Below the pieces are notes generated by a model. That model saw nothing but the letters and a program-made list of their open reading frames with translations. It did no database searches and was not told the origin of the DNA. Positions 24,007 to 35,706 of a stretch of 64,000 bases of DNA are shown here, one piece after another (positions within the stretch are counted from its first letter, which is position 1; the number at the start of each line of letters is the position of its first letter). This stretch comes from Isurus oxyrinchus (Eukaryota): assembly GCA_026770705.1 (NCBI GenBank), contig JANJGN010000301.1, forward strand, positions 124,001-188,000, given 5' to 3'. The translations under genes and the position numbers were made by a program.

Positions 24007-24779
24007 GGAGACTGTTGTGATCAGTGTTGGGGCGAATTCCAGGCTGAGAACAATGTTTGGTCACTTTATTGAAGAAAATGTCATCAAAGGAACACACGTG
24101 GAAACAAAAATATTTCAATATTCACAGCATATTTTATATTGTTTAACGTAATTCATTATAATGAGCTGTCAATGTTGCTATTACTGTTGGCATGCTGTTA
24201 ATATTTGAAAAAAAAACGCTCGCACTGCATCCAAGTGGGGAAGCACACGGGTTCACAATATGAAAAGAGACTTTCGGGCAAACCTTCCTGTTGTTACACT
24301 GAGAGTTATCGCAATGTGGACTAAAGCTTCAGCCAGAATTCGAGTGAAGAATGCACGGGAATCGTTGGATGCTACAGATGTAGGGTCTCCCCCGATAAGA
24401 GACCTAAAGTAGGAACGAGGGAATAGCTCTTCTAATTTGTCTATCTAACTATTTTGTGTTCTATAGCTTGGCGGGAATTCACGCACTTACTGGTACATGC
24501 CATGAGAGAGCGATCTGAACCAATGAGAAAATTGAATGTGGGCGGACGGGTGCGAGCTCACAGACAGGGTGAGCTGGTGTCACTGTGACACGCTGAGTAT
24601 GGGCGTGTAAGCCCCAAGACTGAGCTTCTTGTGTTCAATCGACAATAAGGTACCTCTGAGTTGGAACTGAAGCCCGTGTTTAGCTTCTTGTTAATTATGG
24701 TCCATATAACATCCATCTCCTTCTTCTAACCTGACCTCCCGAGACAATTGTTACAGCCGGTATTTCATGTGATTTGATA

Positions 24780-25112
24780 ATGCTTAGAATTTACGGAATC
24801 TGTTTGCAGTTTTTCACTCTGACATACACGGAGGTGGCCGGTAAGGATGAGGTGGTGCAGCTCCCTGGGCAGGTGGTCGTTAGGGAAGCAGGAAACGTAG
24901 CCATGAACTGCACCCACACCACAGCATTTAACCTCGTGTCTTGGTACAGACAGCTCCCGAATCAGCCATCCCAGTATCTGGTAATGGCCACAAGAGGAAC
25001 CAGTCAACAAGGGAGGATCACGGCTTCAATCAGTGAAGGCAGCAAACTCAGTATCCTGACTGTGAGCGATGCCCAAGCTACAGACACTGCCACCTATCTC
25101 TGCGCCGTGAGC
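24780..25112 (+). CDS. TRAV/DV: Functional-looking TCR alpha V (family E), signal peptide contiguous with V exon
   Basis: MLRIYGICLQFFTLTYTEVAG-KDEVVQLP...MNC...WYRQLP...TATYLCAVS. Confidence 0.85.
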
Positions 25113-25151
25113 CACAGTGTAGCAAACATATGGGGAGCTCGTACAGAAACC
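25113..25151 (+). other. 23-RSS
   Basis: CACAGTG, 23 nt, ACAGAAACC. Confidence 0.95.
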
Positions 25152-26278
25152 TACACCGAGTGGGACAGCAGCTCTACTGTTTTTGGACAATCAGCATTGT
25201 GAGTGGTGCGGTTATAAAATGATCGGAAGGTAGGAGATACGAGTGCCAAAAGAAATAAAACATAGGATAAATATTTAAAGAGAATTCGAAGTAAAGAGAG
25301 CTGGAAACATAGACGGTGGAAAAGGAAGAGTGAAGACGTAAGACAGAACATGCAGCGAAAAAGAGCCTGAGAAAAGCTGCAGTAATAATATTTGAACAGG
25401 ACAGATATTTAGGAAATTATTGAAACAGACAGTAAAAAAGATAGAAAGAAAAGAGAGAGAAAGGAGGAGAAGAAAACGGAGTTCGCCATTGAGGACACAT
25501 AGGCACTGAGCTGATCCACCGAGGCAACCCTCACTCAGGGGCATTGACAAGATCTTCTTTTCAATCAATCAGTTGCATTGTTCTATTGAATACATTTTAC
25601 AAAGTTATCCGTTTTATTATCTCTGGTTTCTCTGTTTTTACTTCTAATTAATCCCTTCTGTTCAGTTTCCCTTTGTTCGCTTCCCTCTAGCTCCGCGATT
25701 CACTTTGCGATCGGTAGATTATCGCATTGTCGTGACCCCAGTCTCAGGCTCTGTAAGATGCTGTCGCCCAGGTTTAATGGAGGTTGGGTTTCAGCAGCCT
25801 CTTCCTAGGAGATTATCTAAACATAGATCTCTGATTTTATTGACAGAACTAGTTGATTAGAAACAGGAAGGAGAGTTTAACTGGCAGAATGATCAATGGT
25901 GTCGCTCCGATTGGATTCTGAAGTTTGTTCTCTTGGCCGCTCCTGGAAACTTTTGATAACAGCTTTATCCTCGCTTTATTTGGTTTCCTCTCGCATCTTG
26001 TTTGAAATGCTTCATTGGTGCGATTGCGCACACCCGCCAACAGGTGGGAGCTCAGACACACAGCTCAAAGCAATTTTTTTTTTGTGGAGGTGTGGAACTG
26101 CTTTCCACAACTCTGTGTTGAAGGGAGAGCAGTCATGCACCGCAGGCATCATTACTGAAGGGTAAATCTGGACTAACTAAGTTTTACTTTACATCTAATT
26201 TCCCAAGTATGGATTTCAATTGAATTTTAAACAACCGTGAGTCGATATTCTTTTCCTGTTGGGCCCTGTTTTTCAAAT

Positions 26279-26548
26279 ATAATTCATGGGGATTATATTA
26301 GTCAGTCGCTCTCCGCTGCTGTATATATGATACTACATCGAACAGATATAATTTATACCGTTACCAGCAATACTCAGACACGCAGCCCGAGTTTCTACTG
26401 TGGAAATATTCTCTTGGTAATTTGGATGACGCAGATTTTGCCAAAGTCCGTTTTTCTCCAGATCTCCTGAACCTCGACTAAATTCATCAGTTGAAATATT
26501 TCAAGGCTTCTGCTGCCTAACGCAGCCCAGAGCTGAGTCGCCACATTG
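26279..26548 (+). pseudogene. Family A V relic
   Basis: YQQYSDTQPEFLLWK...FAKVRFS, with deletions; heptamer CACATTG. Confidence 0.7.
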
Positions 26549-28056
26549 TCACTGTCCGCTCTGTAAAAGAGGTGTTAGATATTTGAAGGCCGCCTTTTTC
26601 ATCCTCGCTCTCAATGACCTATTGCCGTGTCTCAGGATGCTCTCAACAAACTTTCCTCTATCTTCAGTGGTACCGTGAGTCAGGACCGTGGTGAGCTGGT
26701 TGTCAGTAAGTGCAAACACCTCGAATTGGGCTACAGCCAGTGTTCTCATAGGCGTAATGGTTTCGTTCTTAGAAACTTTGGGGTCATGTGCGTCAGGGTG
26801 AGGTGGGGGTGCGGGGTGGTGGGAGGGGACAGAATTCATTGATTGGTTATTGTAATTGGAAACATGAGATTATGACTGCCTTTGACTTATTCTAGTGTTA
26901 ACTCTCCCTCTTACATTCTAGCAGTTTCACCAGTATGATGCTGCTAACTGCTAACTCCACTCATATTTTCCTGACAGATCAGTGAACGAATTGTTGAAGT
27001 ATGATTCCATAATTCTTCGGAGATATTTATGGGCTCTTCATATTAGAACAATGATATATGTTGTTCCTGAACAAACAATTTGACAGACCGAAATAATGAG
27101 CTCTCGCTTCAATTTAATTTTCACCAAAGCTCCACGATGAAACCATCTTCTTGGCAATTGCTTAACTGAAATATTCAGGACATTTTACCCAAGTTTGCCT
27201 TCTAGTGCAAACAGAAGTACAATCTACAACTTCCCAAAAACAACACGTGCTGCTGTGGTTTTCCAAATGCAGATTCAAACAAACTTTTTCACAGGACCAA
27301 TATTCTCCTGGCCGAAAACTGAGTTACTTTCTTCAATTAAAAACCTTTCACAGCTAAGAAAAAAAATCTCTCCTTCAGTGAGACATCCCACCCGCCCCCC
27401 ACCTCCCCCCCCCCCAACCCCTCGCGCCGCCACTCCGCCTCTCTCAGCACAGCGGGTCCACATCAGTTCCTGCATCAGACAAAGAGTCCGGTTTCAATCA
27501 GCCACCTGTGGCCATTGGCGCTGTTAGCGTGAATCATCACTAGCTGTGGCCCAGGAAGCAGTCTCTTGTGCAGTTTTGCTTTGACCCTGATACCTCAGCC
27601 AAAGACCTAGAGAATGTGTGAGGATCCTGTCTTATCCTCACTGGCCACAGCACACACACACACTCACACACACGCATGCGCACACACACAAGCACAGACA
27701 ATGTCATGGGCACAACTCAGATTGCTTGTCTTCAGAAGTAAATCCTTAGCTTAAAACCTATTCCCAAAAGGATTCCAACCTAATCGTGTTTTGAAAATTA
27801 TGCTCATTTAGCAAAGTTTTCTACCCTTTGCCCTCACTCATTTTTCTTTTATGTTTGCTTTTCAGTTGTCCCTGTCTGTGTTTCCAATTCTCTTTATTTC
27901 ACACTTTTTGAACTCTGTAGCTTCACTATTTTCTATTTTATGCTCATTCGCTATAGCTTTCCATTATTATTACCGGATACCCCGAAACACAGCAGAGCAG
28001 CTCCCACACTGGATGTAGGTTTCCGTACAGACTCTCCGTCTGTTTGTTACATTTTG

Positions 28057-28385
28057 GCATCACGGCGCAGAGATAGGTGGCTCTGTCTGTCACTCAGGCG
28101 GCTCTCATTGTCATGTTACTGAATTTAGTGCCTCCCCAGATTGCAGCAGTCATCCTTCCTTGTTGATCAGTCCCACTTGTAGCCATGACCAGATGCTGGA
28201 GAGGCTGATTCGGGCGATCGCTGTCCCAGAGCAGGATGGTGAACGCAGTGGGACCTGAGCAGCTCATGGATATGATTCCAGCTTCACTGAGAACCAGCCA
28301 CCCAGGGAGCTGCATCACGTCATTTTCACTTGTCCGTTCAGGGAAGTGTGTAAACCAGCACGATAATTCAGTAAATCTGCAACAT
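28057..28385 (-). pseudogene. Family E V pseudogene
   Basis: MLQIY*..., QLPGWLVLSEAG...PNQPLQHLVMATSG; RSS CAAAATG, 23 nt, ACGGAAACC. Confidence 0.85.
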
Positions 28386-28599
28386 TATTTGACCAGGTGA
28401 AATGCTGGTAGAAAGAATTCTCCACAGAGGCCGGGTTAGATCCAGGATAGGGGTATTAATTCAAGAGGATTAACAAACAGCCAAACAACTGCTTCAGGTC
28501 CAACTCAGATGTATTTTCGAGGAGAAAAACTGAAGAACTTTTCTTAGAGTGTACATGCTCCCGGGCCACTATCCTGCCACACCGTCCCCCTCCCTCGCA

Positions 28600-28890
28600 C
28601 ACTGCCTCTGAACACACACACGGTAACCCACCCGCAGTCTTTCTGCAGGACACCAGCTCACACTTTCTGAGCTCACACCCGGCCGCCCACACTCAGTGTT
28701 TCTCATTGAGGCCAATTCAACTCTCTGAGCTCACACCGGGCCACCCACACTCAATGTTTCTCAATGAGGCTAGTTCACACTCTCTGAACTCACACGGGCC
28801 GCGCTTACTGTGTTTCTCACTGAGACCAGCTCACAGTCTCTGAGCACACGCTGAGCCAGCCGCACTCAGTGTTTGTCAGAGAGGCCAACT
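28600..28890. repeat. About 58-bp tandem repeat (about 5 copies) in family E promoter
   Basis: tgagctcacac-type motif at 28668, 28726, 28785, 28841. Confidence 0.85.
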
Positions 28891-30200
28891 ATCTTCGCTC
28901 AATGATCACCAGTATTTCTCACAGTTTCACATCCCCTCCTTGTGGCTCCTACTACCAATTGCGTGGTGCTTCTTTGACGCCAAATTCCCATAGGTTGCAG
29001 CTTCCATGACTGTTGCAATTAAGAAAAGCTATTCCCTCTTGTTGTGGTTCACTGCTCCCGAGACATCCAAATCCCCACCTTCCATTGTGGCATCCAACAA
29101 TTTCAGTGTTTCTTTTTTCTCCCGCTCTCTAATTGAAACCAAATCCTACACTGAGTACCCTCTATTTGTGTAATTGGAATTTGACTATTCCAAACCTAAT
29201 ATTTTATTTTGTACTTTGAGCTCCTGGTCTATCCCGGATGGGTGCAATGTTTTGTGTTGATGTTTTCAATCTGTCAACCTTAATAACCACATGGATAAAC
29301 GTTAATCAAAACAACAAATAAGGAAAGGTTTTCATTTATTTAGCACGTTCCATGATTACTGGACGCCTCAAAGCACTTAACAGCAGTGAAGGATTTTTGA
29401 AAGCGGGGTCACTGTTGTAATGTAAGAACTTCAACAGCCAATTTCCAATTGGCAATCTCCCACATACAGAAATATAGTCATGACGAGATAACCTGGAGGA
29501 TAAACAATGGATAATTCCAGCGCTATTCTTGGAAATTGTGCCATGAGGTACTTAACAATCACCGGAGCAGGAAGATGCCGTCTCGTTTTCATGTTTCACC
29601 TGAAAGATGTCACCTCCCTCAGAAATGCACCTGACTGTCAGCCTTGAATTTTTAGCTAAGTCCTGGAGTGAGATTGAACCCGGGCACATTGTCATTCCGA
29701 TGAGAGTGCAGCACCAACTGAACCAGGGCTGACAATGATATAAGAACATATAAAAAACACTGGCAGCAATTTCAAAACAATGCCTTTATAGTAAATCTTT
29801 CCGTAATCCATTTGTTCAACAAAGTTACTGGACGTTGTTCACGTCCCGACACTGAAGCCAAAACAGTGAAAACATCATCCCCTGCTTCCTGTAGCTTAAC
29901 TTTCAATTTTAGACGTTGCCCTTCTCTCCTTTTCCTGGTCCAGTGTGCTAACAATGCTTTTCCTGTGTCTCTTACTCACTCCTGCTTGTTTAGCTCTCAT
30001 TTTACTCTGTCTATATTTGCATCTCTTTACTGAGGCTTTAGTTAAACGTTTCTCCTGCATATACATTTTTTAATTGAGCTCAATGGCCGGCCCTCGGATT
30101 TTTATAATCGTAACAGTCACAATACCGATCCCAAAAGACAGTGGAGAGGAACCGATGTTGCAGGTTTTTGTTTGGGCTCGACGTCTTTTGTTGCACTCTG

Positions 30201-30531
30201 CATCATGGTGCAGAGATAGGTGGCAGTGTCAGGGAGCCAAGTGCCCCTCACAGTCGGGGTGCTGAGTTGTTAACTCCACCGACTGTTCAGTGATTCTCTC
30301 GTGCTGATTGGATCCTCTTGTGGCCATAACCAGATACTAGGGTGGCTGATCCGGGAGCTGCCTGTACCAGTACACGGCACTGAACACATTGGTTATGGTG
30401 CAGTTCATGGCTGCGATTCCCACTTCACTAGCAACCATCAGCCGAGGGAGCTGCGTTACCTCATCTTCTTCGGTCACCTCTGTGTAGATCAGAGTGAAAA
30501 ACAGCAAAAGGACTTTGTGAATTCTCAGCAT
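30201..30531 (-). pseudogene. Family E V pseudogene
   Basis: MLRIHKVLLLFFTLIYTEV...WYRQLPDQPP*; RSS CAGAGTG, 22 nt, ACAAAAACC. Confidence 0.9.
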
Positions 30532-30700
30532 TATCAGATCCGATAAAATGGCGTTGAATCAATTGTCCAAAGATGTCGGGTTAGAAGCGGGAGATGGATA
30601 TTATTTCAGAAGATTCAACAAGGAGCTTCAGGTTCAACTCAGAGGCGCCTTCCTGTTGAACTAACGAAAGAAGCCGAGTCTTGGGATTTATCGCTCGAGG

Positions 30701-30943
30701 TTTCTCACTGATACCGGCTCACCCTATCTCGGAACTCAGGCTGGACAGCCCACATTCAATATTTCTCACTGACGCCAGCTCACCTAATCTCTGAGCTCAC
30801 ATCGGTCCACTCACATTCAATATTTCAAACTGACACCGGCTCACCGTGTCCCTGAGCTCACACCAGGCCCCCCACATTCAATAGTTCACACTGACACCGG
30901 CTCACCGTGTCTCTGATCTCACATCGGGTCGCCCACGTTCAAT
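30701..30943. repeat. 61-bp tandem repeat x4 in family E promoter
   Basis: Units start at 30701, 30762, 30823, 30884. Confidence 0.9.
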
Positions 30944-31112
30944 CTAGCTCACCAACTTTCTGCTCTCAAAACCTGTTGGTCTCGCCGCACCACAGGGGAC
31001 AGAGGAATTGAGGTGCAATCATCCTGAGACACGACAACAGATTGTTGAGGGCGGGCATTCGATAGGGTGTCTTCAAATATTGAGCAGCCCTTTGACATGG
31101 TGGACTGCGACA

Positions 31113-31287
31113 ATGAGGCGAGTCAGCATTAAGGATACTGCTAACAATGAACATAAAGCAGAATTTGTGAGAAGTCATTTCTCTGTAGTGCTCCAGATCG
31201 CCACGACATTCACCAGTTCGGGTCTGCAGCTGACTGACGGTGCTGTCTCACAGTGATGAAAATCAGTCCCACCCCTGTACAAAAACT
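31113..31287 (+). pseudogene. Internally deleted family A mini-V with consensus 23-RSS (31249-31287)
   Basis: Leader start fused to CDR2/FR3; CACAGTG, 23 nt, ACAAAAACT. Confidence 0.85.
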
Positions 31288-31639
31288 GCCTTTGCATTGT
31301 TAGTGGGAGCTCCTGTCTGTTGGGGTTTGTGTAGAACCGCGGATGGATGAAGCTATAATGCGCAGCGGCGCTGCCAGCCGCTCCGAAAGACACTGCGAGA
31401 GAAAACCAAATTAACCTCGGTTCAAACTCAACTGTTCTCAGGAGCGGCCGGGAAATTCAAACAAACTGCAGATTCCGATCGGCCAGATAGACATGGAGGG
31501 GAACCATGTGTGAAGACACCCTGACCAATCCTCACTAGTTGTTCAACATCATCAAGGTTAATGGAGAACAGATACATTCTAGAATGAGGGAGACATCTGC
31601 AAACAGAATAGACACTGAGGGCGCTCAATGCTTGGTTTA

Positions 31640-32047
31640 ATCATCACAAGGCTGGACAGGACTAGCCATATAAATACCGTGGCAATAAGAGCCCGTCAGA
31701 GGCTAGGGATTCTGTAGCCAGCAACTCACTCCCCACTCCCCTAAGCCAGTCCACCATCTACAAGGCAAAAGTCAGGAGTGTGATGTGATACTCCCCAATT
31801 ACCTGTTTGAGTGAATCTCCCACAACACTCAATAAGCTTGAAACCATCCAGGAAAAAGCAAGCTGCGTGATTGGCACCACATTCACAAACATTCACTCCC
31901 TCCACCACCGACGCACAGTAATAGCAGTGTGTACCATGTACAAGTTGCACTGCAGGAATTCACCAAGGCTCCTTAGACACCTCCTTCCAAACCCACGACC
32001 TCTACCACCTAGAAGCACAAGGGCAGCAGATAGATGGGAACACCAGC
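31640..32047 (+). mobile_element. LINE 3' fragment (second family)
   Basis: KLETIQEKASCVIG...IHSLHHRR; homologous to 47560-47940. Confidence 0.8.
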
Positions 32048-32351
32048 AAAAATAGGACATCAAAAGATGATAAAAAGAAATAGAAGCATTTATGAAATTC
32101 GACTTTGGTTTACATTATGAGTCGAAATAAACTACTATGAATCCAGAATTCATTGTCACCTGCATTCAAACGGGGAAATATGCATAAAGGAGAGAAGGCT
32201 GTGTTCAAGAGAAGGCATTCCAAGATCTGTCAAGTGAAACAAACCTTCAGCATCGCACAACTCAGTTTTGTGCTGTTTTCTAATAAATCAAGCAGGTCTC
32301 TTTGAAACTCAATGTGGAGTCTGAATTCTCCCTCCTCCTCATTGGTGTGAG

Positions 32352-32370
32352 CGAGCCCTCTAGTGGGCAC
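32352..32370 (-). promoter_or_regulatory. CTCF motif
   Basis: GTGCCCACTAGAGGGCTCG. Confidence 0.6.
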
Positions 32371-34249
32371 TGACTGGGGCTCTCGGTGTCTGGTTTTCTA
32401 CAGGCTCCTGGAAGACCTATTCACTATTTTTTGTTATTCATTCATGGGATGTGGGCTTCTTTGGCTGGGCCAGCATGTATTGTCCATGCCTAATTGCCCC
32501 TTTAGAGCTTGGTGCTGGGCTATATTCTTGAGCCGCTGTGGTCCATGTGGTGCAGGTTCAGCCACAGAGCTGTTAGTTAGGGAGTTCCAGGATTTTGACC
32601 CAGCGACAGAGATGGAACTGCATGCAGTGACTACTACATGTCTCACAATTGCATTGAAGTACATTAAAGTGCAACAGTTATGCAGATACCTGAAATATAA
32701 TTGCCTTGTCTGACTGTGAGGAAAAACTAGGTTGGACTGCCTGTAAAGACCAGGTTGGAATGTATGCAATGTTAATTGATTGTATTGAAGCACCTCATGA
32801 TCTATGTGGAAAACCGAAATATGATTGCACTTTTTGTGATGGCCATTTTGAAACGCTTTGTAATGTTCTTTCAGATATTTCATGAATAAAGTATATTTTT
32901 TCCGAAAATGAATTGAATTACAGGAGTAGGACTCACTAATGGCAATGGTATAATTACATGATTGCTTGAGTAAATTAGTTCATTTATTACCATCACCTTT
33001 GTTCGGTGTGAAGAAGACAATGATCGATACAATAGAAAAAAGCTTTAAAATCGTAGAAAATAATATCTGAAATGAGTAGCGGCAAGGATTGAACTCTGCC
33101 CTCAGTGGGAGAGGGCACTGTCCCTGATACTGTATCTATTGTTTCAGCTGGGAATCTGAACTGTTCACTGCACTTTGCCATGTACTACATGCGACTGCTA
33201 AATTGCCAACATAGCCGATTCGGGGAAGTTGCCGCCTAAGCGGCATTGAAGAGTAACTCTCGAACGCTGAATGGAAGGAGAAATTGCTGGCGTGAAATTT
33301 TTATTTCCTCCAACAGGTGGCAGACGAAGCCCAGAAATCGCCTAGCTCCTTTCCTGGAGCCTTAGAATTATCCATCATCCAATCTGTGCTTACAAATCCC
33401 ATTTCGCTCCTGGAATCCACTCATACTCAATGGTTTAAATTCACCCGTCTGCAGGGAAACCATAGCCGCTGTCCCACTCGCCGGTACCTCGGAAAAGATG
33501 TGGAGAGTTCAGTCACTTTTATGATCTCACATCCACGCTGTCAATGCTTCCACAATCCGCTGAAAGGGGGATTAATGGGAGAGTAATTAATACTGCGGAA
33601 CCTGCACAACCTCCACCACACCTCTGCCTCAATCCCCTCCGCGCCTACCATCCCTTCTGAAGCAAATGTGGCGCTTTCTCATTTTGTGAGCTCTTAAATG
33701 GAGAGGAATTGCAATGTGAACCCATCTGATCTGCTCCTGCTCCATCTCAGAAGATGGATCTCGCTTCTTCAGATTCCTGGGTTTCAAGGCCAACGTCACA
33801 GGGTGAAAGGTCAGCCTCTGCCGCAATGGCCAAATGAATGCCTCGTCAGAGACAGGAGGCCCTCTTCGAACTCAGTTGAGGCAGAACGGACTCCGGCTCC
33901 GTGAGGATCCCAGAACAAGCATCTGACTCACCCACATCACAGTTCTGTGCAATACCGCAAAAAGCATGACAGCATTGAGCCCTGAAATAAGACAAAATGC
34001 CGCGAGAGTGTGTGTCAGCGCCAATTAGACTTCAGCATGGCAGTGTGACCTGAATCTCCGGGAAAATGTTAGTCTTTTGCATTCAGACCTGGCAGAAAAT
34101 GCCGTCATCGATTGCAATCGGGATTACCCAAACTGATTGAAACTCAATGCAGTGTAAACACCATCGGCGCCGAGGCTAAACACTGGCGCAGCCAAATACA
34201 AAACCCTGGCCTGGAATTCATCCTATCTGCGACCGCAACACTGACGGGG

Positions 34250-34540
34250 CTGTACAGATTCTATCCTCACCGAAGGAGAAGTTATGACATTATCTTTATT
34301 GAGAGCATCACTGCATCAGACATTGGAATATGTGGTGTTCAGTTTGAGATGGTGGGGCCGAGACCGAGTAGGCCCACACAATACCTGCTGCGTGTTTCCT
34401 TCGGGCAGGCCGTATACAGGTACCATTATGGGGGACATTTCCACAGGCTTCACCCATCCTATAAGGAAAAGGTAACCAGACTCTCCTGAGTGTGCTGACT
34501 CTCTTGACAGTTAGAATAGCATCGAGGATCACCCATCGAC
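34250..34540 (+). pseudogene. Ancient family C-like V ghost (paralogue at about 50830-51130)
   Basis: LTEGEVMTL and PSRPTQYLL fragments in different frames. Confidence 0.45.
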
Positions 34541-35066
34541 CCGGGAAAGGGGTTCATAGACCATGGTGAGCGTGCTAATTTATTTGTGAGGCACAAGCCC
34601 ACAGGCGCCACACATTCTGCAAGGAAATAGCTCCTTACGCTGTTCTGATGGTGTTAACTGTTTACTTAGGTGCTGTTCCTCGAGAGCTCACTCATCCTGT
34701 AAGGGACGTTTTCAACTGGATTTGAACACCCAGTTTCAGGATGGTCGCTTACAAGAGTGTCTCTCATAAAGAGATGTGCTTCCTCACTTGCCTCCACTCG
34801 GAGCAGAAGAAGCTGCTGCTCTTCTAACAAACTGATCAGTTCAGAAGTAAACCGCGGGAGATCAGCGGACCAACAAACCACCTCCTTCTTTCCGGTGAAC
34901 AGTATCAATTTCCAGCCAATGAGGAGACGGAAAAATAAACACGCGACCGAGACATTGAGTATCCAACATTGACTTCAATCAGCCAACATTTTAATCTCTT
35001 CACCAGATTCGCTTTCTTCTGTTGTGAGCGGTGACCCGTTTTTCAATTGACATTCTCATAGCAAAC

Positions 35067-35497
35067 ATGTATTGCACAGTTAAAGCTATTATCCGTCATC
35101 CTGGCGATGCGAACAGGTAGGTACAGGACAGGGACCCAATGACCCAGATTGAGTTTTCATTATTAATCTCCCTGTTCCAGTGTTTAATACCATAAATGCT
35201 TTTCCAGGTCGATGTCTCTCGGACCGTGTGCTTCAATCTCCCGCATCGAAAACAGTCCAGAGCGGGGATTCGGTACAAATGGACTGCAGCTATGAGGTGT
35301 CTAGCTTTTACGCGATGCTTTGGTACAGAGAGAAACCTGGTCAAGGACTGGAGTGGATTATAGGGCAAAGATCGACTGGCAAAGAGAGAAGCGCGCGATT
35401 TAAACTGAAGATCTCCGAGTCGGAGAAACGCGGCCAACTGCTCATTGAAGGCACTGAGGGCGCGGATGCCGCGGTTTATTACTGTGCAGCTGAGATT
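35067..35497 (+). pseudogene. Family B V: intact exon 35208-35497, leader frameshifted by a 5-bp deletion
   Basis: Leader is 50 nt vs 55 nt in the paralogue at 51630. Exon DRVLQSP...MDC...WYREKPGQGLEWI...YYCAAE. Confidence 0.8.
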
Positions 35498-35536
35498 CAC
35501 ACTGAGACAAAATGCGGCAGTCACTGTACAAAAACC
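35498..35536 (+). other. 23-RSS
   Basis: CACACTG, 23 nt, ACAAAAACC. Confidence 0.95.
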
Positions 35537-35706
35537 TCGCTCCTGGTTACAGGTCCGGAAGAGCGGCAGCAATCTCTCTGATAGCACAAGGCGGGCCAGC
35601 CGGCTCGGAGCATCAATGGCTAAAGGGAGAAACAGGCAAGGCTGCCGCGGGTTGTCCTGTAAATCCGTTTAGAGAGGATCTTTCAACAGAGATACTGATG
35701 GTCACA

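Noticed and set aside
35498-35581. Apparent C-terminal extensions of V ORFs (HTETKCGSHCTKT..., TLLQRYSG...)
   Set aside because: Read-through translation of the RSS and flank
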